64,000 bases of DNA, taken from NCBI GenBank assembly GCA_904063045.1, contig CAJFCJ010000016.1:62001-126000 (forward strand), given 5' to 3'. How positions within the stretch are numbered: the first letter of the stretch is position 1; each line of letters begins with the position of its first letter. A program made the translations under genes and the position numbers. The notes under the pieces are model-generated. The model saw only the letters and a list, made by a program, of their open reading frames with translations. It searched no databases and was not told the DNA's origin. This DNA is from Dimorphilus gyrociliatus (taxonomy: Eukaryota; Animalia; Annelida). Positions 1 through 11,700 of the stretch are shown here, in pieces.

Positions 1-2203
1 TACTCCACGCGTTTTTTGGCAGGGAACAGAGTATAGTAAGACCAGATTTCTGTTTAAATCAAGGAGAGTTTGCTGATCCAACAGTGAGGTTTTTATACAT
101 TGTAAATTGAAAAGTATGTCAAATATGAACATAATCTTCTCCGATATGAAAGGTGTTTCTTGGATGTGAAAACTTTAGTAGAATACAAGTGCAATTATGA
201 AAGATATTGCGATCAAAAGGTTGATGGGAATTTATTCTCAATAGCTAAGGATATGGGAAGTAATTGGACTCCAAGTGAATGTCCGAAAGATACAAAACGC
301 TTCCTAATGGTTGACTATGCTTGTGAAAGTTTGTATTAAAATATAGAAATAAAGAAATATAACGGTTTATTAATAGAAAATTATATTATCTCGAAGGAAT
401 AAAAATAGCAGAAGCGTGCTACGGAGAAAAGTTATATGCGAATTGTCCTAAAAATTATAAAATTAAGCAACATTCTGTCTTCTTTGGAAGATTAGACGGA
501 AAAACATGTTTACCGAAGAATAAAGAGTTCTATTCTCAAGCCGAATATGGAATTAGGCAGATTGATAATTATTATCTATGCCATTATAATCAAAGCATAG
601 TATCAAGTACAATACAGTCAATATGCGAAGATAAAGAAACCTGCATCTTTAACGTTCATGAAAATTTACTTGAAAATTATCCATCTCACCACGAAAATAA
701 ATGTCCGAAAGATGTTCAAACTTATCTACAATTTTATTATGTTTGTAGTCATCGTTCAAGTATGATTCAAGATTTAAAATGTTATGGAGAAACATTTCAA
801 CCATCTTGCGGAAAAGGTTATTTAATTAATATAAAATCATCTTTCAGAGGACGATTAACACCAGCCGATGCCCAATGTGAAACGGAACCGTTAGAAAACT
901 TTAAAGGACCGTAAGAGTTTACTATAAATACAATAAGATATTTAACTTTAGCGATTATTCTTAATATTAAAAAGATGTCAAACGGAATTGATTACTGCCA
1001 TAGCGCAAAGTATTGAAAAATGTCATCTTAAGTCATCTTGTAGTTTACCTAATACTGATACATTTTGGTCCAAATTGAATGCAACTAATCGAGTTTGTAG
1101 CGAAAGCGATAAACCTTTCATGTTTCATTTATACGAATGTAAACCTAGGAGTTCAATTATTGCTTGTCCCAAAACTGCACCAAAAACAATAGAATGTCCT
1201 AAGAATTATGCAATTAAACCTATTTCAGCATTCTTCGGTCGTCATAACGACGTCAATTGTCTTGATCCAAACGAAGAGATAGAAATGGAAACTGCGTAAG
1301 TAACTAGATAAACGTGTAGCTTATTCTATAACAAGCATATCTTAAGTATATTCAACCTCATTTTCAGCTGTTTCTCTGACTCTGATAGAGTATTATCAAA
1401 AGTTAATGAGATATGCCGAGGAAAGAGGGCGTGTAATTTAGAAGCAAATGCGTCAATCTTTTACGATGAAAGTACAGATTCCCGAATGAGATGCAGAGAA
1501 GAGATGTTTTATAAACAATATCTATGGGTAAATTATGAATGCAGCCAAACTAAATGCTTATTTCTATCTGATAAATTGGAAGCTGAAATAGAACAATGTA
1601 TAAGCGATTACAAGAAACTATGTATTCTAGACATGTCAGACAATTGTTTTCGAACTTCGTTAAAGAGTTTAGAAGACGAAAAAGACTGTTTGACGTATAC
1701 AAGACGGTTGAAAGCCTATTACGAGTACTGGTTACCTGCTCATAAGAAGACAATGTGTAACTTTCCAAAGTGTGCTTTTAATTTCGCTCGAAAAGTGCCA
1801 GAAGTGTCCGAAATCTATAGAAAGATTGCTGATCCACAAAAACATTACGTAATCGATCCCGTCAAATGTACATTCATAAAGGAATATGGTAAATTAAGTA
1901 AAGAAGGATCATTACTGGAGCAAAGTTGTCCAGAGGGATCAGCAGCTGTAATGACATTCTATGCAGATATATTTGGTAATTTTGAAGATAATCACGATGC
2001 AATAATAAAAGGATGTAAGTCTAATAACATACGATTATGAACACTTTAATTTATTCCCTTTCTTTTGAATAGGTCCGGACAGTGCATCAATTATGGAAAA
2101 GATTGGATCTCACAACCAATCGTCAAAACAGGGTATATCATTAATCGGTATCATCATTTGTTTACTATGCCATATATCTACGAATTGGGTGTTCTATTTC
2201 TAG
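1..2203 (+). CDS. Multi-domain SUEL/rhamnose-binding lectin-type protein (5'-partial) with a Cys-rich C-terminal domain and a hydrophobic GPI-like tail
   Basis: Four repeats of the SUEL pattern (C..C...I..AFFGR....C ... C....C.... C ...L.V.Y.C) across exons 1-88, 153-328, ~397-910, 975-1295 and 1368-2014. GT donor at 2015 and acceptor at 2072 add a last exon (PDSASIMEK...GISLIGIIICLLCHISTNWVFYF*, stop 2201-2203). Confidence 0.75.
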
Positions 2204-2497
2204 TACAATCTTTTAAATATATTAAATAAAGAGAAATTAAAAAGAAATTGTTGTAAAATCATTTATTTTAAATTATGAAAAAGCAACACAGTGCGAATAT
2301 AGGACAAGGTAAATAATAAAGCTTATAAACAAGTGAATATTACTATATTTCTTTTTTATATAAAAAAAGTTTTCTATTATTATTTATATTTGAAAATTTT
2401 GATAATTTTACTTGTTAATATTTGTTAAATAGAATTCTCTTTTCTTCTTTCTTTTAATTATTTCAGATTTTAAATATTGTGTATAGGGATTCTCTTC

Positions 2498-4773
2498 TTA
2501 CTTTGTTTTCCAGCCATTTTCTTGGCAATGAGTAATAGTCTGTTTTATAATTTAATAATTATTACAACGAATTTACATCTTTCAATAGTTTTCTACTTAC
2601 GTTACACTTTTTAGCGTTCTCCATACTGGCGCACCAGAATGCTGGGCCAAAAGTACATTCATCTGTACCGAGAAGATGTTGAGCTGTTTTTTGTGTGCTT
2701 GAAGTACACAATCCAATGGCTGTGCAGATTTGTTGAGGAGCCATTTCAGCGGCTAATAAATGAATTATCAATGGACCATACTGTTGAACGAGACTGTCAC
2801 ATTCTTGAGTGAGACTCGATGGCAAAAAGTTGCAAACTTTATCCATAACTGCTTCAATTTCTTGAATTGTAGAATTTTTTTGTAGCATTGAATCAACGTA
2901 TTGCATTACCGTTTTACAAATTGGGCAAAATTCACCAGCTTTAACTTTGATTGGTATCATTTTGACCAATTTCGTATTAGTAGAACATAAACCGAGGGTA
3001 CGGCAAACCATTTCTGGTTTTAATTCGCTTATCAGAAGTTTTACCATAGCATTGCCATATGTTTTAACGAAATCGCTACACTGTACCTTGATAGTATCAG
3101 GCAAGATTGAGCATACTTTGTTCAATGCACTGATAACTTCCTCTTCTGTACTATTTTTGTTAACGAATCTTTCCAAAGTATTGATAACGAATTCGCAAAG
3201 TACACATTCTTCACTGGAAACTTTTACTGCCTTCATCTTTTCTTGTTTTACAATCTTTTCAGTTTGTTGTCTAATAACACTGACTTTATTAAACGCCGGA
3301 TTATTACAGAATCCCAAAGATTTACATCTAGCATCACCATCCAATTCAGTAGCAATAAGATCGAAAAGAATTGCTCCATACTCGGATATTTCTTGCTTAC
3401 ATTGCGATTCAAATGGGCCTAATTTAGTACAAATTTCCTCAGAGATTATAGTTTCAACGTATTTTTGTACGAGAACATTTGTATCGACCGCCTTTAAATC
3501 CTGAAATAGATTATATTTTATATTATGGCAACTATTAAATACAATATAAATACTAATTGTAAGCTTTCCAAGTACTTACATTGAAAACTGTCTTGCACAC
3601 ATTGCATTCGTAGTCACTGTTCAAACTCGAAGCGTATCCGTATAACTTCATATTAGTAAGTTTGAGTTTTGGTAAAACTGTATGATCTCCAGCAGTACAT
3701 AAACCCAAAGCGGAGCAGACTTCAACTGGTTGTAATTCTTGTTTGATCATGCTAAACAACATTGGTATATATTGTTTAATTGCATCATCGCAAGCCGATG
3801 CTAAACTTCCGAGGAAATTGCAAAGGTTATTTTCAAAATATGTTTCAATTTTCTTTTCAGTTTCCGGTTCACTAATCAGAGCTTCGACATCTGTCATAAT
3901 CTTTTTACAATCATCGCAAATCTTGTCATTTGTTTTCGTCAACATCTAAAAAAAATGAGAACAATTAGGAAATTAATAATTTACTTCCGATTTGGCCTTA
4001 TGATTATTTGTCAAAAAATTTTGTACCATTTTAATAGGACTCTGTTTATTCGCTGGTAAAATTCTTAGGCGTGGCTGTACCAATTCGATAACTTTTGGGT
4101 TTGTTAATTTCATTTGGGGCTTGCATATTCCAATAGCATTACAAACTTGTTGAGGATTCTATTCAAAAAGGTTAGGTTAGTCTTTATAGAATCGTAAATA
4201 GGACATTTTTTATTATTATACTTACCAAAACGCTTTTGATTAATTGGAAAATTTCAGGTAAATAATTGTCAACTGCTGCAGTGCAATCTTTTGCGATGGT
4301 TTCATCAGGAATGATGGTACAAGCATTCGCCAAGTAGTTTTCGATAGCTTTCTATTCATTTTTAAAATGTTTTTAAGATTATTTCACTTGTTTTATCTTT
4401 TACAGTTTTATATAAATGTTTACCTCTGTTTCGGCGTTTGATAAAGCATCTCGAACGGTCGTTATCAAAGTTTCACAAAAAGTGCAGATATCGCTTGTCT
4501 TGAAACCAATCAATCGTTTGAGAGTTTAGAAATTAATTTGTAAACAAATTTATAACCTACTTTATCGCCTTTAAATTGGCTCCAAACGTTTGTTATGCAA
4601 GTGTCGATTTTTTTACATTTAGTGGCGGTTTGCAAATTTTTGCAAAATTCCGCTTGATTGTCGCAGGATAAAGCACCTAGAATTGAAGGAATAGTTAGAT
4701 ATATAGACTAAAAACCTTTATTTAACATACTGCAACTTGCTATAAATGCACACAAGGCAAAAAGCTTCAACAT
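2498..4773 (-). CDS. PSAP: Prosaposin (signal peptide, SapA, five SapB domains, SapA)
   Basis: ATG 4773 (MLKLFALCAFIASC signal peptide). Repeated C..C...C...C...C.....C SapB motifs. C-terminal SapA LLGTDECTFGPAFWCASMENAKKCN spliced to TITHCQENGWKTK* (stop 2498-2500). Confidence 0.93.
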
Positions 4774-4835
4774 ATTTAGCTTGAATCAATCTAGCTGTTA
4801 TAAACAATGAGATTTTTTGTTATAGCTCTTTTCCC

Positions 4836-4857
4836 GTCACGTGATTTATCATATGAC
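4836..4857. promoter_or_regulatory. CLEAR-like E-box pair (GTCACGTGAT, TCATATGAC) upstream of prosaposin
   Basis: GTCACGTGAT at 4836-4845 and TCATATGAC at 4849-4857, 63-84 nt upstream of the PSAP ATG; matches the TFEB/MITF CLEAR consensus GTCACGTGAC. Confidence 0.6.
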
Positions 4858-5767
4858 GATTATTAATGGTAGTCTTACCAACAAACGTTCCGCTTTCAAA
4901 ATAGTTAGCTATACCTACATATTATTTTCGTACATTTATTAGAAAGACAATAATTTGTTAAATTAAAACCATAATGAGTTTCAAGCTTTTGTTAAATATC
5001 TTATAAATATCTTAAATAAGAATTTTACTGTGTTTTTATTTTTTATACGAAAATAGGCATTCCAAGTCAAAAGAGTCTTTTATATTTTTTTTAGAAGCGC
5101 TTTCCAATTCTACATAATCTGAGAATTTTCCCTATAAAGTTATATTTATGCCGTTAAATATATAGTACCTTTGTTCAAGCAAAGATTGTTTATATTAGAT
5201 TTGTAATAATTAATCAGTTAAGTTAAAAAGTGTTTTCCGAGTAAAATTTAATTTAAGTGCACCATTTTCTCTGTCGAATTAAACTGTAATGTTAGTATTT
5301 CATACATTATCATAATTGGTTTATTGCCATACTGCGTAATCAATATTGCTATTAAACTTTATTTACTCCTGTAATATTAATAAAGAACATTAAATCCATT
5401 TCCAAGTGTTCACTTTAAAACATATCGGCTTGAATCAATACTTTCAAAATATGCTGCTTAAAATGCATTAATCTATAAGTTTATTAATATAGTTTGCTTA
5501 TTATTTGTTTTTTTTGACAGTTAGTTTCTATATAAAACAGTAGTTGTATATATTTTATGCTATTAATCCCTTTAATAGATATCCTAAATGCATAAATACT
5601 TTAATTACGTAACTTATATATTGCGCAACAGTTTAGAAATTCATGTATGATTAATAAATATATTAACAGACTGATTGGATAAGAACCAATGAAAAGTTTA
5701 AAATGGTAGTGTGGCACGATTTCCGGTTGTGAAATCATAGCAGAAGACAGCAAGCAAACGCCGAAAT

Positions 5768-8700
5768 ATGACGTTACCTCGTTTGACAAGATTCTTGAGA
5801 TCGTTATATAATGAGAAAGACCAAAATAACTTGAATAATAATTCTAAAACTGCTTTGCTACGTAAGAAGCGAGAAAAATGTATTGAATGGGAGAAAAGAA
5901 GATCTTTTGATTGGACTAAATTGTCATCTGTTGTGAAACAATATTGCAAAGAATCTGATGTGCTAATTAAAGCTTTCCTAAAGCACACAAAAAACATAGG
6001 TACGGAAAATTTAAGGCTATTTTACACAACTCCGAAAGATTTATATGTAGAATTGTGAAATTTATGTTTTAAGTTTTTTGATTAGATTGTGTTCATTCAT
6101 TTAAATCATGTATACTACAGCTGGAAAGGAAAGTCAGCTTGAAGAACAACATTCAGCAGCCGTTTTCCTGTTTGATTTATTCAAAAATGATGAAAAACTC
6201 TTAGTTTCTGCTCGTAATACAATACGAGAAACTTTTGGACCATTTTCAAACGAAGATTGTGATAAAATTTTCCAATTGGTGAGAAAAATTGTTTCTGAAG
6301 TTCCAAGCGAAATATTTGAAAATTTGCAAAGTAGTGAGAATAATGACAGTAATAGTATTTTTGGAAGAAATATAACCTTCGGCCTCGTACCCGATAAATT
6401 ATCTGATCCTGAAAATTTTGAAAATTTCCGTATGCTTACTGATTGTACTGTAGACAAATTGGATTTAGAATATATTAGAGATGAAAGCCAATCATTAACA
6501 AAGGAACAACAAGTCCCCAAAAATAGTAATAAAACTGAAGATGATAGTGATTGGCTGAGGAAAAGAATGTATGAAGAGATAGCTGATAGCGCCCATATAA
6601 GTGCTGTTACATTAAATATTCTAGCTTCTGCAAAGTCTAACGATCAAATACAAGACGAGGTAGAAAAGAAATTTTAGAATACAAAAGCTTTATATATATA
6701 TAGTTATGATTTTAAATTATTTCAGCTATTCGAACTACTTGGCTGGGAGAGAATTGATTTTATTAGTGAAATTCTACAAAGACGACAGAAAATTAATTTG
6801 TCACTATTAAATCAAAGCAAACAAGGTTACATATTTTTTTTAATATAAAAAACAACGCTTATTATCTCTTCTTTTCTATAAATAGTTACAAAAAAAGTAA
6901 AGCCATCTTACGGATGTCAAATTGTTGTGCAAGTAAGAATATTTGAATCTAATCTATGTTTTTTACTATTAATTGATTGTCAATTAATTATATTTTATTA
7001 TTCTATTCAATAGTCGGACAAGGAGAAGGATGTTCAGAAACAAATGAGAAAAGATGATAAAAGATCAAGAAATAAAAAGGGGGATCAAAATGAAGATAAT
7101 GAAGCAGACTTTGATATACTTAGAATGCGAGTTGAAAGAGAGAAACAATTGGTGGAGGCCCGGCTAAAACCTCTTCTAAAACCTATGAGAAAGGAGGAAA
7201 TTAAATTCCCATTTGTATTCGATGGAATGTCTGAAGCTAAGAAAATGGCAGCTTTAATTGCCGGAAATAAGGTAGTTATTTAATTCTTTTAAAAAAACAT
7301 TTAAAGACAACAACTTGTTGAAACTTAGATGTCTCTACCAGTTGGAACTAAGAAAAGATCTTTTGATGGTTATGAGGAAGTAGATATACCACCGAGCCAA
7401 CCTGCACCAACACATATAGGACAACATCGAGTACAAATATCCGAACTAGACAAGGTAGAACTAATAATATAATTCTGTCGTTCTCAAGTAGAAATTGACA
7501 TTATAATTTGATAAATGTATAGATCGGAAAGATGGGTTTCTCAGGAATAAAAGAATTGAATAGAATTCAATCAGTAGTATATCCAACTGCATATACATCA
7601 AATGAAAATATGCTTATTTGTGCTCCAACCGGAGCTGGTAAGACAAATGTTGCCATGTTAACTATATTGAATACAATTAAGCAACATTTGGAAGATGGAA
7701 TTTTGAAAAGAGATAAATTTAAGGTTCTGAAAACTTTTAATAAATTATTATTTCAAATATTTGATCTTTAATAATAAATTAATATTATTCAGATTGTTTA
7801 CGTTGCCCCAATGAAAGCTTTAGCAGCAGAAATGACTGCAACATTCGGACGTAGATTAGAGTCTTTAGGGGTTGTGGTAAAAGAATTAACTGGTGATATG
7901 CAATTAACAAAAGCTGAAATTCTAAGCACTCAAGTACTATGTCAATAAAATTCTATTTTCTAATCTAATAAATCATTCTTCCGGTTAATAGATGCTAGTG
8001 ACGACACCTGAAAAGTGGGATGTTGTTACGAGAAAAAGCACTGGGGATATCTCTTTAACTCAAGTTGTTAAACTTCTAATCCTTGACGAAGTTCATCTGC
8101 TGCACGAGGGTAGAGGTGCTGTTATCGAGAGTATTGTTGCTAGGACACTTCGTCAAGTTGAATCTTCCCAATCTCTCATTCGAATTGTTGGTCTATCTGC
8201 TACTTTACCAAATTATTTAGACGTAGCAGCCTTCTTAAAAGTTCAACCTTATAGTGGTCTTTTCTTCTTTGATGGAAGATTTAGACCTGTTCCATTAGGA
8301 ATGACATTTATCGGCGTAAAAGTAAGTCCCTTAAAACCAAACAGAATAAGCTATTTAAAAAACGGTAATTTCATTAAAACAGGGTTACAACAAAACAACT
8401 CAAATGAATGAAATGAATGATGTATGTTATGAAAAAGTTCTCGAACAAATTAAAAAAGGAGAACAAGTTATGGTTTTTGTTCATGCTAGAAACGAAACTG
8501 TAAGAACTGCAATGCTTCTCATGGAAAAAGCAAAGAATGATGGAAAAATTGAATTATTCCGTCAAGATTCAGAAGCGGCCTACGACGACACGCTTAAGCA
8601 AATCAACAGATCAAGAAATCGAGCACTCCAACAGCTAGTTGAAGAAGGGTTTGGTGTACATCATGCCGGAATGTTAAGGCATGATAGAAATATAGTTGAA

Positions 8701-11700
8701 AAATTATTTTCTAAAGGCCATATTAGGGTTTTGGTTTGTACAGCAACGCTTGCCTGGGGTGTTAATTTACCAGCTCATGCCGTTATTATTAAGGTTAGTG
8801 ATATATTTTATATTTTTTTCTATATACTAAACAAATTAAACTAGGTGAATTTTGTATCAACAAATTAACTAACTACTTCCATCCTTTTATTATATTTCTT
8901 ACCGAAATACTCTTCAAATTCTTCCATACTGTCATATTTACAGGCAACATTTAATACACACAGACTGTTTATTATCTTATAAAAAGTTGTCTGAAGCCAG
9001 TTCCAAGGATCTTCAATTTTAGCGAATGATAAAAAAGGAAGATTTTTAGGTCTAAATCCCATAATTCCAATTCTCAATTTACTATCAGTGTTCTTTTTAT
9101 CCTTGATGATATGAACTGAATAATTCGAATGTAGGAAATTTTCGACAAGGTTATAGTCAATATCAGAAAGTCTTGAAGTGGCATTTCTAATTAGTAGTGC
9201 GTCTAGTTGTTTTTCATTTACAGCCAATAATGGTAAATATTCAAATTTTATTGATGGATTATCAGCTATTTCAACATCCACATCCAATCTCTTCATTGCT
9301 TTTGACCATAATTTATCTAATGGTTTAGAAACTATTATCCTTAATTTCCATTCTGGGAAGAATAGATATCTTAATTGAGCATTTCTCAGAGCACCGTAAA
9401 GTTGATCTTCGCTATTGATTTGAACGGTTATAATTATTAATTTAGACCTTGAAGGTGATTTCTAAGAAATTAGATTAATATTTTATTGAATAAGATGGAT
9501 TAAAATAAAATCAATTAGAAGCTTACGTTCCGATTTTTCTCATGAATATGCAAACATTTTGTAAGAAATTTTCGATCTTTTATGACCTGACCTTGCCATA
9601 AATATTGTGTTTGTCTTGTCACAGAATATCTTGTTTTGGTTTGAACGTGTTTTACCAAAACAAAGTTTAATTTTGACACTCTGTGTGGAGCGTAAATGAA
9701 TGACATCCAATTGTCACCCCACCAATCTGTAAACAATTGCGGATAGTACCGACCAAAGATATCAACATGAGTTCTATGCACAAAATCATACGTAATTATA
9801 AATTCATTTCCTCCTGAATGTTTTGGACCGACAGCTCCTATATTTCTTGGTTCAAACGATAGTAAACTCATAATAAACCCTTCAGTCCAACCAGACGTTT
9901 CTAATATAGTATCATCATTTATTCTATATAAATAGTCGTTACCGTCCAAATAGGCTATCATCATCGCGTCATTTTGAGACCACGTTGGACGCTTATCGTA
10001 CTTGCATTCGTGAAATGTAATTGATGCCGAAATTTTCCTATTGTAACAAAAACTGTGAAACTTTTTCTGGAAGCTAATCCTATTTGCCTCTTTCTCAAAA
10101 AACCAATCATTGAAATCATAGCCTAAGTAAAAGTTATACGTCATTCCTGGAGAAAATGTTTTAACGAATGACGGCATAAAATGTCTAAAAAATGGTGTTT
10201 TATTTAAAATATCCTTATCTCCATTTGGCACTTCTCTTGTAGTAATACCCAGACCAATACCAATATTAAAATATTTCGTTCTAAATGGAGAAACTTCAAA
10301 TTCATTAACAATTTTAGTAATCTTTACGGTATTGGTTTTGTTCGACTGAAATAATAAATAACGAGACGTCAGTTAATACTTTATATAATCTAATAATAAA
10401 TTGATAATAATTAACATTCACCTGTGAATTTGTTATAAACTGTAAATTTAAAATTTTCATTCTCCTCCAAGATTGAAAAATTATTAAAAAACCAATGAAG
10501 AAAGCGATTATAACAAAAAATCTTATTAATTTCTTTTTCATCGTGCTTTTTAAGTATTTGGAGTATATGTTCAAGTTTTATCCTTATATACGGATCGATA
10601 TTTTTGAAAGCAATTGAACATATGTTATCCAAAGTTTTATTTGTAATTCTTAATGTCAATAAAATCTCCACAAATTATAATAATAGTTTTACAATCGTAC
10701 ATAAAAAAAACTCTAATTTTGCCAATATACAGTATAGTAGTGGATTTATAAAGGTGTATATACCTGTATATATATATATATATATATTAGTATATGAATT
10801 TTGAAACAAACATTTATATACATTTTTTCTTATTCTTTTCTTATCCTTTGCTTAGGGAACTCAAATTTACGATGCTAAACGAGGTTCATTCGTTGATTTG
10901 GGTATTCTTGATGTTCAACAAATCTTTGGTAGAGCTGGTCGTCCACAATTCGATACTTATGGTCATGGAATGATTATTACAACTCATGATAAATTACCGC
11001 AGTACTTGTCACTCTTAACTCGCCAAAGTCCAATCGAAAGTCAATTTATTGAAAGTCTAGTTGATAATCTTAATGCTGAAATTTGCTTAGGAACGATAAC
11101 AAATCTCGAAGAGGCCAGTCAATGGCTACAAGAAACGTATTTATACGTTAGAATGAGAGCAAATCCTCAAGTATACGGAATAAGCTATTTAGAATATCAG
11201 GAAGATCGAACTCTAGGAGAAAAACGAAGAAAACTGATTATAGATGCTGCGAGAGATTTAGATAAAGCTAGAATGATTAGATTTGACGAAAAGAACGGTT
11301 TTCTTCACTCGACTGACTTAGGTAGAACTGCAAGTCATTACTACATAAAATACGCTACAATTGAAGTAAGTATAAATTTAAAACTACAAATAAATAAAAG
11401 TATACTCTTTATGTTTTTTTCTTGTTCAAATAGACAATTAACGAGCTACTTAAATCTCAAATGACTGAGGACACCATTTTTTCAATGCTCTCTAAAGCTC
11501 AAGAATTTGATCAGATAAAAGTGAGAGACGACGAACTTGGTGAATTAGACGATCATTTAGATAAAACATGTCAATTAAGAGTTTTAGGAGGAACTGAGAA
11601 TGGTTATGGAAAAGTAAATATTCTACTGCAAACTTATATTGGCAGAGCTAGTATAGATTCCTTCTCATTAGTATCCGATCAAGCCTACGTTGCACAAAAT

